A stretch of 64,000 bases of DNA from an uncultured Gemmatimonadales bacterium (lineage in GTDB: Bacteria > Gemmatimonadota > Gemmatimonadetes > Gemmatimonadales > GWC2-71-9), in NCBI GenBank assembly GCA_963748815.1, contig CAVVKJ010000014.1, forward strand, positions 32,001-96,000. The letters are read 5' to 3'. Positions 20,891 to 31,424 of the stretch are shown piece after piece. Position 1 is the first letter of the stretch. Every line of letters starts with the position of its first letter. Made by a program: the position numbers and the translations under genes. The notes under the pieces were generated by a model. That model had not been told where the DNA came from, searched no databases, and saw only the letters and a list, made by a program, of their open reading frames with translations.

Positions 20891-20957
20891 AAGGTAGCGG
20901 GAGGCCGGCCCCGGCGTCAAGCGGCCCGTTGACCCTCCCGAACCCACTGTCTATCTT
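20891..20957. promoter_or_regulatory. back-to-back sigma70-like promoters for tRNA-Leu (-) and smpB (+)
   Basis: + strand TTGACC-17-TATCTT; - strand TTGACG-18-TACCTT. Confidence 0.6.
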
Positions 20958-20974
20958 GGGTTTACGAGCCGCCC

Positions 20975-21460
20975 ATGTCTACCAAATCGGATGCGCCCAC
21001 GGAGCGCCGGCATTCGGTCGCCCGCAATCCCAAGGCGACCCACGACTTCCACATCCTCGAGACGTGGGAGGCGGGCCTGGTGCTGACCGGTACCGAGGTC
21101 AAGTCGCTCCGCAGCGGCAAGGCGTCCATCAAGGAAGCGTACGCCCGGGTTTCCGGGGGACAGGTGTTTCTCGAAGGAATGAACGTCACGCCGTACGCCC
21201 AGGGCAACCGGTACAACCACGACCCGGTCCGTTCCCGCAAGCTCCTCCTCCATCGCCGCGAAATCAACCGGCTCATCGGTTCCGTCGAGCGCGACGGACT
21301 CAGCCTCGTGCCGCTCGAGCTCTACTTCAGCCGCGGCAAGGCCAAGATCGCCATCGGGCTCGGCCGCGGAAAGAAGCAGCACGACAAGCGGCAGGCGCTC
21401 AAGGAGCGGATGATCGACCGCGAAACCGCGCGCGCCATCGCGGTGGGACGGCAGCGATGA
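20975..21460 (+). CDS. smpB: SsrA-binding protein
   Basis: EAGLVLTGTEVKSLR, RKLLLHRREI and GKKQHDKR motifs. Confidence 0.95.
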   Translation: MSTKSDAPTERRHSVARNPKATHDFHILETWEAGLVLTGTEVKSLRSGKASIKEAYARVSGGQVFLEGMNVTPYAQGNRYNHDPVRSRKLLLHRREINRLIGSVERDGLSLVPLELYFSRGKAKIAIGLGRGKKQHDKRQALKERMIDRETARAIAVGRQR

Positions 21461-22644
21461 ACGCGCTCGTGCTCCTCCTCGCGCTCTCCAGCGCGCACGT
21501 GCCCACCCAGATCGTGGTGGCGACGCCCCGCGGCGAAACGCGGCTCACGGTGGCCGCCGACGCCGAAGGCCGCCCGATGGTGGCCGCGCTCCCGCTCGCC
21601 ACCGCCCTCGGCGGCTCGATTCGGCGGGACGGCGCCTGGATCACCCTGGTCATTTCACGGCAGGATTTCTCCTTCCTGCCCTTTGCGCCGCTCTTCCGGC
21701 TCAACGACCGGATCGAACCACTCGCGGTGGAGGCCATCGAACGGGGGGATTCGCTCTTCGTCCCCTACCAGTTTGTCTCCGACATCCTTCCGCGGTACCT
21801 CGGCGAGCTCTACCAGTTCGACCGCGCCGCGGGCCGGCTGGTCCAGCTTGGAACGGTGGCCGTCGCCGCGCCGGCCCCGAAGCGCCTCCCCAACGGCCTG
21901 CTCCCCGGGCACATCGTGACGGTGGACGCCGGGCACGGCGGCGCCGACCCCGGCACCCTCGGCAAGTTCTTCCCCGCCAGCGTGACCGAGAAAGACGTGA
22001 CGCTCAAGGTGGCGCTCCTCCTGCGCGACGAGCTGGTCAAGCGCGGGATCACCGTTCGGATGACCCGCACCACCGACACGCGGCCCAGCAACCTCATTCG
22101 CGCCCCCACCTGCGACGCGAGCTGCGACCTCTTCATCAGCCTCCACGTCGACGCCCTCGATACCCGCAAGCGGCGCGACTATCGATCGGTCGACGGGTTC
22201 TCGACCCTGATCATCGGCGAGGAGAATTCCGCCGACGCGGATCGGGTGGCCCGCACGGAAAACGAGGCGCTTCGGTTCGAGACGCCGGAGGATCAGGAAC
22301 TGGTGGCCGGCCCCCTGGCGTTCATCCTGAAGGACCTGCAGATGAACGAGTACCTCCGCGAGTCGGCGCGGGCGGGGGCGCTCATCCAGACGCACCTCGA
22401 GCCCGTGCACCCCGGCGTCAACCGCGGCGTGAAGCAGCGCAACGACCTCGCCGTGCTGAATACCGGCCGCCGCCCCGGCGTCCTGGTGGAAATGGGGTAC
22501 AGCTCCAGTCCCTCCGACGCCAAGTTCCTCATGTCCTCCGATGGGCAGCGAAAGATTGCGCGCGTGCTGGCCGACGCGATCGTGGACTACCTGCTGGAGT
22601 TCGAGTGGAAGAGCGGCGTGCGCGCCGGTGGGCCAGGCCGATGA
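21457..22644 (+). CDS. N-acetylmuramoyl-L-alanine amidase (Amidase_3)
   Basis: VDAGHGGADPG, EKDVTL, FISLHVD and VLVEMGY motifs. Confidence 0.88.
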   Translation: MNALVLLLALSSAHVPTQIVVATPRGETRLTVAADAEGRPMVAALPLATALGGSIRRDGAWITLVISRQDFSFLPFAPLFRLNDRIEPLAVEAIERGDSLFVPYQFVSDILPRYLGELYQFDRAAGRLVQLGTVAVAAPAPKRLPNGLLPGHIVTVDAGHGGADPGTLGKFFPASVTEKDVTLKVALLLRDELVKRGITVRMTRTTDTRPSNLIRAPTCDASCDLFISLHVDALDTRKRRDYRSVDGFSTLIIGEENSADADRVARTENEALRFETPEDQELVAGPLAFILKDLQMNEYLRESARAGALIQTHLEPVHPGVNRGVKQRNDLAVLNTGRRPGVLVEMGYSSSPSDAKFLMSSDGQRKIARVLADAIVDYLLEFEWKSGVRAGGPGR

Positions 22645-24035
22645 GGCGCGGCGCCTGGGTGCTCCTCCTCCTGCTCACCGGTTGTGTGTATTACAACGGG
22701 ATGTACAACGCCAACCGCCTGGCCAACCGCGCCAAGAAGGCGGAGGCCCAGGGTCGCACCTTCGAGGCGCAGGGCTACTGGGCCCAGGCGGAGGTCCGCG
22801 CCGATTCCGTCGTGGTCCGGCATCCGACCAGCAGCTGGGCCGACGACGCCCAGCTGATCCGGGGCCAGGCGATGGTCGCCCGGGGAGACTGCCCCGGCGC
22901 GTTGCCGGCCCTCGAGGCGGCGTCCTTCTCGCGCGACAGCCCCAAGGTGGCGCAGCAGGCCCAGGTGCTCCTCGGGCGCTGCCGCCTCGCGGCGGGCGAC
23001 CTGGTCGGCGCCGACCGCGCCTTCGTCGCACTCATGGACAGTCCCGACACCGCCGTCAGCCGGCCCGCGCGGTTGGAGCACGCCCGGGTCCTGCGCGCGC
23101 AGGGCGAATATGAGAGCGCGCTCGCCACTCTCGCGGGGCTGGACGGCCCCGCCGTGGATGCCGAGCGCGCGGCGGACTACGCCGGCCTCGGCGATCTGGC
23201 GCAGGCGGAACCGCTGATCGCCCAGGCCATCGCGCGCCAGGACCTCTCCGTCCCATGGGACTCGACCCTGGCCGGCGTCGGTCGGGTCGATCCCGGGCTC
23301 GCCTCGCGGTACACCTCCGAGGTGATCGCGATGCCCGGGCTCCCCATCGAATTGAGAGACCAGCTCCTCATCGCCGACGGATTGCGCCTCCTCCCGACCG
23401 ATCCCGATTCGGGGCTGGCCCGGCTTCGGGTGGCCGCGGCAGCGGAGCCGATGACCACCGCCTCACTGGATGCGCGGCTGCAGGTCGCGGTGTTCCTCCT
23501 CCGGCAGGCGGACACCCTCACCCAGTTGGAACTCGCGCGGGAGGAATTGACCGAGCTGAGCACGATCGGCGGACCCAACTCTGTCCAGGCGATCCGGTAT
23601 CTCCGCATCATGGACCGGGTGCAGGTGTACACCGACTCCATCACGCCGGGAGTGAGTCTCGGCGATCTCGCCACGTTCGTCCTCGCCGAGGCGGTGCGCG
23701 ACAGCCTGCCGACGCCCCGGATCGCCGCCGAGCTCTTTGCGACCGTCCCGGCGTGGTGGCCCGAGTCGCCCTATGCCCCGAAGGCGCTGCTGGCGCTCGC
23801 CGCGCTGGAGCCGATGAACTCCGGATCGATCGCGGCCACTCTCGAAGCGGATTACCCCGCCAGCCCCTACCTCCTCCTGGTGGCCGGCGATGTCACGCCA
23901 GCCGTGCTGGCGCTCGAGGACTCGCTGCAGGCGTACGCGGGGCTGGCGGCGCAAAACCGGGAGCCGAACCGGCCCCGGTCAATCAACGCCCCCGACCGCC
24001 CGGCGGGGCAGCGCCAGCAGGACGAACTCAAGTGA
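22641..24035 (+). CDS. TPR-like helical-repeat lipoprotein
   Basis: LLTGC lipobox, YYNGMYNA, HPTSSWADDA, and PESPYA/YPASPY repeats. Confidence 0.75.
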   Translation: MRRGAWVLLLLLTGCVYYNGMYNANRLANRAKKAEAQGRTFEAQGYWAQAEVRADSVVVRHPTSSWADDAQLIRGQAMVARGDCPGALPALEAASFSRDSPKVAQQAQVLLGRCRLAAGDLVGADRAFVALMDSPDTAVSRPARLEHARVLRAQGEYESALATLAGLDGPAVDAERAADYAGLGDLAQAEPLIAQAIARQDLSVPWDSTLAGVGRVDPGLASRYTSEVIAMPGLPIELRDQLLIADGLRLLPTDPDSGLARLRVAAAAEPMTTASLDARLQVAVFLLRQADTLTQLELAREELTELSTIGGPNSVQAIRYLRIMDRVQVYTDSITPGVSLGDLATFVLAEAVRDSLPTPRIAAELFATVPAWWPESPYAPKALLALAALEPMNSGSIAATLEADYPASPYLLLVAGDVTPAVLALEDSLQAYAGLAAQNREPNRPRSINAPDRPAGQRQQDELK

Positions 24036-24910
24036 TGGTCGCGACGCCGCTGGCACGAGTGGTGTTCGGCGCCCGATTCCAGAACCCGATCGTCCTCGCT
24101 TCCGGCACCGCCGGGTACGGGCGCGAACTCGCAGGGGTCATGGACCTCGACCGGCTGGGCGGGTTGGTGACGAAGGCGGTGTCCCTCGAGCCCCGGGCAG
24201 GGAACGCCCCGCCCAGAGTGGCGGAGTTTCGCGGCGGGATGCTCAACGCGATCGGGCTCGCCAATCCCGGACTCGCCCAGGTGCGCGCCGTGGAGTTGCC
24301 CTGGCTGCTGGGGCGGATGCAGGCAGGGCGGGTGCTGGTCAACGTGGTGGGGTTCACCATCGACGAATACGCATCGGTCGTCGAGGGGTTGGATGATCTC
24401 GAGGGGATCACCGCCTACGAACTGAACCTCTCCTGCCCCAACACCTCCGCCGGCGGCCTCGAGTTCGGCGCCGATGCGGCCTCGGTGACGGCCATCATCG
24501 CCCGCTGTCGACGGGTCACGAAGCGCCCGCTCGTCGCGAAACTCTCGCCGGTGCTGCCGGACATCGCGGCGATCGCGCTGGTGGCGCGCGACGCCGGCGC
24601 CGACGGTGTCGCGGTCGTGAACACCCTGCCGGGCATGGCCCTCGATCCGCATGGCACCCCGCGCCTCGGCAACGGGAATGGCGGCGCGAGCGGGCCGGTG
24701 CTCCTCCCCGCTGGCGTCCTCGCGGTGCGCCGCGTCCGCGAGCGGGCGCCCGACCTCCCCATCATCGGGCTCGGCGGCGTGCGCAGTGCGGACGATGCCA
24801 GGCAGTACCTCGCGGTCGGTGCCACGCTCGTCGGGATTGGGACGGGGGCGCTCGCCGACCCCCGCCTCCCGGAACGGATCATCGCAGAACTGGAGCGCCA
24901 CGGTGGCTGA
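24032..24910 (+). CDS. pyrD: dihydroorotate dehydrogenase (family 1B catalytic subunit)
   Basis: NPIVLASGT, MLNAIGLANPG, ELNLSCPN, KLSP and NT motifs. Confidence 0.9.
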   Translation: MMVATPLARVVFGARFQNPIVLASGTAGYGRELAGVMDLDRLGGLVTKAVSLEPRAGNAPPRVAEFRGGMLNAIGLANPGLAQVRAVELPWLLGRMQAGRVLVNVVGFTIDEYASVVEGLDDLEGITAYELNLSCPNTSAGGLEFGADAASVTAIIARCRRVTKRPLVAKLSPVLPDIAAIALVARDAGADGVAVVNTLPGMALDPHGTPRLGNGNGGASGPVLLPAGVLAVRRVRERAPDLPIIGLGGVRSADDARQYLAVGATLVGIGTGALADPRLPERIIAELERHGG

Positions 24911-25586
24911 GGTCATCCTCGCCCTCGACGTCGACTCGGCGGACGATGGTCGCAGGCTGCTCGACCGGCTTCCGGACCTCCGCTGGGTCAAGGTCGGGTC
25001 GGTGTTGATGACGCGTGAAGGCGCGCCGCTCATCGCCGAACTGCACACGCGCGGCGTCCGCGTCTTCCTCGACCTCAAATGGCACGACATCCCCAATACC
25101 GTCGCCGGCGCGGTGCGCGCGGCGGAGTCGCTCGGCGTGGCGATGGCGACGGTGCATACCCTCGGCGGCCTGCCGATGCTGCGGGCGGCGCAGGGCGCCG
25201 CCGGCGATCTGGGCCTCGTCGGCGTCACCGTGCTGACCTCGCATGGCGCGGACGGATATGCCGCCGCGGTGGCTCGGTCCTCGGTGGATCTCGAGGCGGA
25301 GGTTTCCCGGTTGGCGGGCGCGGCGGTGGAGGCGGGGCTGCGCGGCGTGGTCTGCTCGCCGGCGGAGATTGCGGTGGTCCGCCCCATCCTGCCACCAGCG
25401 GCGTGGGTCGTGGTGCCGGGGATTCGCCGGGCGGTCGACGCCGCCGGCGACCAGGTGCGCATTGCCACCCCGCGCGAGGCGGCCGCCGCCGGCGCGACCC
25501 ACCTGGTGGTCGGCCGGCCCATCACCCAGGCCCCCAACCCGGCAGCCGTGCTGGCGGAGTTCACCGCCGAGGCGGACGCGGGATGA
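24903..25586 (+). CDS. pyrF: orotidine-5'-phosphate decarboxylase
   Basis: LALD, FLDLKWHDIPNTV, VTVLTS, PGIR and VVGRPI motifs. Confidence 0.93.
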   Translation: MAEVILALDVDSADDGRRLLDRLPDLRWVKVGSVLMTREGAPLIAELHTRGVRVFLDLKWHDIPNTVAGAVRAAESLGVAMATVHTLGGLPMLRAAQGAAGDLGLVGVTVLTSHGADGYAAAVARSSVDLEAEVSRLAGAAVEAGLRGVVCSPAEIAVVRPILPPAAWVVVPGIRRAVDAAGDQVRIATPREAAAAGATHLVVGRPITQAPNPAAVLAEFTAEADAG

Positions 25587-26023
25587 TGCGAAACCTCTCG
25601 GTGGCCATCGCCGCGACCCTGATCGGCGGCGCCTCCCCGCTTCCCCGCTTCCCCGCCTCCCCGCCGACCCTCGCCGAAGTCGCCGACTCCGCCCGCGCCT
25701 CCTGGCAGCGCCGAGACCTCCGGGCCTTTCTCGCCCCGGCCGAGGGCGGGCGCCTGCTCGTGACCCTGCCGGCCGGGGAGAAGTCGGCTCCTATCACCGC
25801 GGACCAGGCCCGTGCCCTGCTATCGTCATATCTTCAAGGGACACAAGAGGTTAAGACGACGGTGCTGGGGGCGACGGCGGTGGATTCCCTCCAGGGGTAC
25901 GTCGAACTGGGCCGGCGGTACCGGGTCGTGGGGATTCCCGGGGAGCAGGAGGCCACGATCCTGCTCAGCTACCGGCGGGGACGGTCGGTCTGGGTCCTGA
26001 GCGAGGTCCGGATCGCCTCGTAA
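25583..26023 (+). CDS. exported hypothetical protein (possibly NTF2-like/DUF4783-like)
   Basis: Signal peptide, [11 protein letters not shown]-terminal [12 protein letters not shown] overlap with pyrF. Confidence 0.6.
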   Translation: MMRNLSVAIAATLIGGASPLPRFPASPPTLAEVADSARASWQRRDLRAFLAPAEGGRLLVTLPAGEKSAPITADQARALLSSYLQGTQEVKTTVLGATAVDSLQGYVELGRRYRVVGIPGEQEATILLSYRRGRSVWVLSEVRIAS

Positions 26024-26032
26024 CCGCTTCCC

Positions 26033-26061
26033 TTGCGTTGGGTTCTGGCGCGGTCTATATT
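26033..26061 (+). promoter_or_regulatory. sigma70-like promoter of the rpmJ-rplQ operon
   Basis: TTGCGT-17 bp-TATATT. Confidence 0.6.
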
Positions 26062-26099
26062 CCTCAGCTACCTCAAAGTTTGGTCCTGGGAGAGATTCC

Positions 26100-26216
26100 G
26101 TGAAGGTTCGTTCGAGTGTCAAGCCAATTTGTGAACACTGCAAGGTCGTCAAGCGACAGGGCGTTGTTCGCATCATTTGCAAGCGCAACCCCAAGCACAA
26201 GCAACGGCAGGGCTGA
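26100..26216 (+). CDS. rpmJ: 50S ribosomal protein L36
   Basis: [38 protein letters not shown] (not in the ORF track). Confidence 0.97.
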   Translation: MKVRSSVKPICEHCKVVKRQGVVRIICKRNPKHKQRQG

Positions 26217-26218
26217 TC

Positions 26219-26599
26219 ATGGCACGCATTGCAGGCGTGGACCTTCCGCGCGAGAAGCGGGTCGAGATTGCCCTGACGTACATCTTCGGGGTGGGTCGTC
26301 CCACGAGCGTCCGGATCCTCACCGAGGCCGGCGTTCCTGCCGACACGCGGGTCCGGGATCTCTCGGACACCGAGGTGGCACGGCTTCGTCAGTTCATCGA
26401 GCGCGCGCTGAAGGTCGAGGGCGCCCTCCGGACTGAAGTGGCGATGAACATCAAGCGGCTGATGGACATCGGCAGCTATCGCGGGTCGCGGCACCGCCGG
26501 GGTCTTCCGGTGCGTGGTCAGCGTACCCATACCAACGCCCGGACCAAGAAGGGTCCCCGGCGGGCCATTGCTGGCAAGAAGAAGGCGACGAAGAAGTAA
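26219..26599 (+). CDS. rpsM: 30S ribosomal protein S13
   Basis: [14 protein letters not shown]...[18 protein letters not shown]. Confidence 0.97.
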   Translation: MARIAGVDLPREKRVEIALTYIFGVGRPTSVRILTEAGVPADTRVRDLSDTEVARLRQFIERALKVEGALRTEVAMNIKRLMDIGSYRGSRHRRGLPVRGQRTHTNARTKKGPRRAIAGKKKATKK

Positions 26600-26601
26600 C
26601 C

Positions 26602-27036
26602 ATGACTGCACCTACTCCGGACACTCCGGCCACACCGACGCCCGCCGCGCCTGCGAAGGCGACCGGCGCCAAGCGGTCCAAGAAGATCGTCGAGTCCGAG
26701 GGCATTGCCCACATCTCGGCCACGTTCAACAACGTGCTCATCACCATCACCGACATGAAGGGCAACGCCCTGGCATGGGGGACGGCGGGCAAGGCGGGGT
26801 TCAAGGGCTCCAAGAAGTCCACCCCCTTCGCCGCCACGGTGGCCGCGGAAGGCGCCGGCCGCGAGGCGATGAACCTCGGCGTGCGCCGGGTCCACGTGCG
26901 CGTGCAGGGCCCGGGCAGCGGCCGCGAGTCGGCCATCCAGGCGCTCGCCTCGGTCGGCCTGCGGGTCGTCTCCATCCGGGACGTCACCCCGATTCCCCAC
27001 AACGGGTGCCGTCCCCCGAAGAAGCGGCGGGTCTAA
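26602..27036 (+). CDS. rpsK: 30S ribosomal protein S11
   Basis: [22 protein letters not shown] and [11 protein letters not shown] motifs. Confidence 0.97.
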   Translation: MTAPTPDTPATPTPAAPAKATGAKRSKKIVESEGIAHISATFNNVLITITDMKGNALAWGTAGKAGFKGSKKSTPFAATVAAEGAGREAMNLGVRRVHVRVQGPGSGRESAIQALASVGLRVVSIRDVTPIPHNGCRPPKKRRV

Positions 27037-27038
27037 CG

Positions 27039-27674
27039 ATGTCGCGCTACACTGGACCCAGCTGCCGGCTCTGCCGTCGCGAGGGCACGAAGCTCTTCCT
27101 GAAGGGCACCCGCTGTCTCACCGAGAAGTGCGCCGTCGAGCGCCGGGCGTACGCGCCAGGCCAGCACGGGCAGGGCACCGGTCGCGGCCGCAAGCCGTCC
27201 GAGTACTCGAAGCAGCTCCGGGAAAAGCAGAAGGTCAAGCGGATGTACGGCCTGACCGAGGGGCAGTTCCGCAACCTGTTCGAGCGCGTCACCCACGAGT
27301 CCGGCGTCAAGGGCACCAACCTGCTCATCGCCCTCGAGTCGCGCCTCGACAACATCGTCTACCGGATGGGCTTCGCCTCGAGCCGCAAGGCGGCGCGGCA
27401 GCTCGTCAACCACGGCCACGTCGAAGTCAACGGCCGCCGGGTGGACATTGCGTCGTACCACGTCATGCCCGGACAGGAAGTCCGGGTCGCTCCGACCAGC
27501 CGCGACATGGTGGCGGTCAAGGCGGCGCAGGAGTACGCGTCGCGCGGGGCTCCGGTTTCCTGGCTCTCCGTCGACGGCGACAAGGCCGCTGGACGGTACG
27601 TTGAGCGTCCCACGCGCGAGGCCATCCCGGTCAACGCGCAGGAACAGCTCATCGTCGAGCTCTACTCGAAGTAA
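27039..27674 (+). CDS. rpsD: 30S ribosomal protein S4
   Basis: MSRYTGPSCRLCRREG, LREKQK, LESRLDN and IVELYSK motifs. Confidence 0.97.
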   Translation: MSRYTGPSCRLCRREGTKLFLKGTRCLTEKCAVERRAYAPGQHGQGTGRGRKPSEYSKQLREKQKVKRMYGLTEGQFRNLFERVTHESGVKGTNLLIALESRLDNIVYRMGFASSRKAARQLVNHGHVEVNGRRVDIASYHVMPGQEVRVAPTSRDMVAVKAAQEYASRGAPVSWLSVDGDKAAGRYVERPTREAIPVNAQEQLIVELYSK

Positions 27675-27689
27675 GTGGCGGCCCGAATC

Positions 27690-28742
27690 ATGACCATTGA
27701 CCTGACCGGACTCGTCCGCCCGCACCTGCTCGAAATGAGCCGGCGCGAGGACAATCCGAACGCCGCCGAATTCCGACTCCAGCCGTTGGAGCGGGGCTTC
27801 GGCTATACCCTCGGCAACTCACTCCGCCGCCTGCTGCTCTCCTCGCTCCGCGGGTCCGCGGTCTGGGGTTTCCGGCTCGACGGCGTCGTGCACGAGCACC
27901 AGACCGTCCAGGGCGTCCTCGAGGACATCCACCAGGTCGTGCAGCGCCTCAAGGGGCTGACGCTGGTGCTGGTCCCCGAGGTGGACGAGGCCGTGCTCCA
28001 CATCAAGAAGAACGGCCCCGGTCCGGTGTATGCCCGGGACATCCAGCCGCACGGCTCCGTCACCGTCGTCAATCCCGACCACCTGCTCTTCACCGTGCAG
28101 GAAGACCGGGAAGTCAACGCGGAGCTGTACGTGAACAAGGGCCGGGGCTACGTCGAGTCGGAGCTCCACCCCTTCGATCGCTCGCTGCCGGTCGACCTCG
28201 TCCGGATCGACGCCATCTACAACCCGGTTACCCGCGCCAACTTCACGGTGGCGGAAACCCGCGTCGGCCAGCGCACCGACTATGACCGCCTGACGGTCAC
28301 CGTCGAAACCAACGGCACCATCTCGCCCGAAGACGCGGTGGCCTATGCCGCCGCCCTCGCGCAGGAGCACTTCCGGTACTTCGTCGACTTCGGCAAGGTG
28401 CCCGTCATGCGTGAGCCGGCCCCGGTCGTCTCCGAGCTCGGCGGCGATCTCCGCGACAGCCTCTCGCGCCCCATCGACGACCTCGGCCTCTCGGTCCGGT
28501 CGCTGAACTCGCTCAAGAATTCCAACATCCGCACGCTGCAGGACCTGATCGCCTACTCCGAGGAAGACCTCCTCAAGGTCAAGAACGTCGGCGAGAAGGC
28601 CGTGTCGGAAATCGTCGAGTTGCTGCAGAAGGAAGGCCTGGCCTTCGGGCACGTGCTCGACGAGATCGCCGGCGTGCTGCGCCCCAAGGGTGCCGATGCC
28701 TCGGCCGCGGCGCCTGCCGCCAGCAACGGGGAGATCGCCTAG
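27690..28742 (+). CDS. rpoA: RNA polymerase alpha subunit
   Basis: PLERGFGYTLGNSLRRLLLSSL, RVGQRTDYD and LSVRSLNSL motifs. Confidence 0.97.
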   Translation: MTIDLTGLVRPHLLEMSRREDNPNAAEFRLQPLERGFGYTLGNSLRRLLLSSLRGSAVWGFRLDGVVHEHQTVQGVLEDIHQVVQRLKGLTLVLVPEVDEAVLHIKKNGPGPVYARDIQPHGSVTVVNPDHLLFTVQEDREVNAELYVNKGRGYVESELHPFDRSLPVDLVRIDAIYNPVTRANFTVAETRVGQRTDYDRLTVTVETNGTISPEDAVAYAAALAQEHFRYFVDFGKVPVMREPAPVVSELGGDLRDSLSRPIDDLGLSVRSLNSLKNSNIRTLQDLIAYSEEDLLKVKNVGEKAVSEIVELLQKEGLAFGHVLDEIAGVLRPKGADASAAAPAASNGEIA

Positions 28743-29099
28743 ATGCGTCACCGCGCCAAGGGACGGCAGCTGTCCCGCACCTCCGCTCATCGCCGCGCGC
28801 TGCTGAACAACATGGCCACCAGCCTGTTCAAGCACGAAGGCATCAATACGACCGAAGCCAAGGCCAAGGAGCTCCGGCCCTTCGCCGAGAAGCTCATCAC
28901 CCTGGCCCGCCGCGGCGACCTGCACGCGCGCCGGCTCGTCGGCCGGAACATCAAGGACCGCGAGGTCCTCGGCCGGCTCTTCGCCGAACTCGGCCCGCGC
29001 TTCGCGGCCCGGCCCGGCGGCTACACCCGCATCCTCAAGATGGGGCACCGACCCGGCGACGGCGCCGACGTGGCTCGCATCGAGTTGCTCGCGGAGTAA
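28743..29099 (+). CDS. rplQ: 50S ribosomal protein L17
   Basis: MRHR...TTEAKAKE...RPGGYTRILK. Confidence 0.97.
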   Translation: MRHRAKGRQLSRTSAHRRALLNNMATSLFKHEGINTTEAKAKELRPFAEKLITLARRGDLHARRLVGRNIKDREVLGRLFAELGPRFAARPGGYTRILKMGHRPGDGADVARIELLAE

Positions 29100-29128
29100 G
29101 GGTGGCACTGCCCGCCTCCGAAACGACG

Positions 29129-29156
29129 AAGGGGACCCGCGAGGGTCCCCTTTTTT
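29129..29156 (+). terminator. intrinsic terminator after rplQ
   Basis: GGGGACCC-GCGA-GGGTCCCC followed by TTTTTT. Confidence 0.9.
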
Positions 29157-29206
29157 ACAGCACAGCCATGGTCCTGACGGCGCCGCCCGCGCGGGCGCGC
29201 CCCGGT

Positions 29207-29398
29207 TCAGCTCGCCTTGGCGATCTTGTTGCCCTTGATGCACTGGGTGCAGACGCGAACCCGCTTCGGCGCGCCGTCCTTCATGACGCGTACCGTCTGC
29301 AGGTTCGGATACCAGCGGCGGTTCGTGCGGTTCTTGGCGTGGCTGACGTTATTGCCGGTGACCGGCCCCTTGCCACACGTGCTGCATACCCGTGCCAT
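29207..29398 (-). CDS. rpmB: 50S ribosomal protein L28
   Basis: [34 protein letters not shown]...VCTQCIK. Confidence 0.95.
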   Translation of the reverse strand: MARVCSTCGKGPVTGNNVSHAKNRTNRRWYPNLQTVRVMKDGAPKRVRVCTQCIKGNKIAKAS

Positions 29399-29465
29399 AT
29401 GTCCATCCCTCAAGCAGTTACGACATTGACGGTACAGCCGGAAACCACGAAATCTAACCCGGTGA

Positions 29466-30469
<1,004 letters not shown>

Positions 30470-30470
<1 letters not shown>

Positions 30471-31424
30471 TGCGGGTCTTCGTGACGGGCGCCGAGGGGT
30501 TCGTGGGGCGCACCATGGTGCGGACCCTGCTGGCGGCCGGGCACGAGGTGCAGGCGGGCATCCGGCCCGGGTGGGCCCCTCGAGGTGCCGGGACTCGCGC
30601 CGGCGGAGCGCGCCGCCGTGGCGCGGGTGCCGCTGGAGCTGCTCGACACCGCCTCGGTGGACTCCGCGATGTCGTGGCGCCCCGATGCGGTGGTCCATCT
30701 CGCGGCCATCGCCTCCGGGGCCGACGCCCGCCGCGACATCGGCACCGCCTGGGCGGTCAACGCCTCCGGCACCGCGCGGCTTGCCGACGCGCTGGGGCGG
30801 CTCCGGGAGCGCGGCGAGGCCGATCCCGCATTCCTGCTGGTCTCCAGCGGCGAGGTGTACGGCGGCGGAGTCGACCGGCCGCGGCGGGAGACCGATCCGC
30901 TGGTGCCCTGTTCGCCGTACGCGGCGAGCAAGGTGGGGGCGGAAATCGCGGCGCTCGAAGTCTGGCGCCGGACCGGGCTTCGGGTGGTCGTGGCCCGTCC
31001 CTTTCCCCATACCGGGCCGGGACAGACCGACCGCGCGGTGGCGCCGGCGTTCGCCAGCCGACTGCGCGCGGCACGCCGGTCCGGGGCGACCACCGTCCCG
31101 ACCGGCAACCTCGATCCGGTCCGGGATTTCCTCCATGTGCAGGACGTCGTCAACGCCTATCTTGCGCTTCTCGCCCGGGGCGCGCCGGGCGAGGCCTACA
31201 ACGTCGCCCGGGGCGAGGGCATCTCCCTGCGCGAGCTCTTTGCCCGTCTCGCGGCGGAGATCGGCACCGCCGCGGTCCCCGCCGTGGATCCGGGCCTGGT
31301 CCGCACCGCCGACATTGCCCACCTGGTGGGCGACGCCACGAAACTGCGGGCCGCCACCGGGTGGCAGCCCACGATCGCTCTCGAACGGATCCTGAAGGAA
31401 GTTGCTGATGCCGAAGCGGACTGA
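30470..31424 (+). CDS. rmd: GDP-4-keto-6-deoxy-D-mannose reductase-like extended SDR (Rmd), +1 frameshift near 30575
   Basis: [32 protein letters not shown] and GNLDPVRDF motifs; coupled to gmd. Confidence 0.75.

Noticed and set aside
20881..21456. N-terminal 190 aa of the 587-aa ORF 20881-22644
   Set aside because: Overlaps smpB in another frame; the amidase begins at ATG 21457 with a signal peptide
20797..21460. Integrative element at tRNA-Leu, or tmRNA next to smpB
   Set aside because: No integrase, no duplicated tRNA 3' end and no space for ssrA in the flanks
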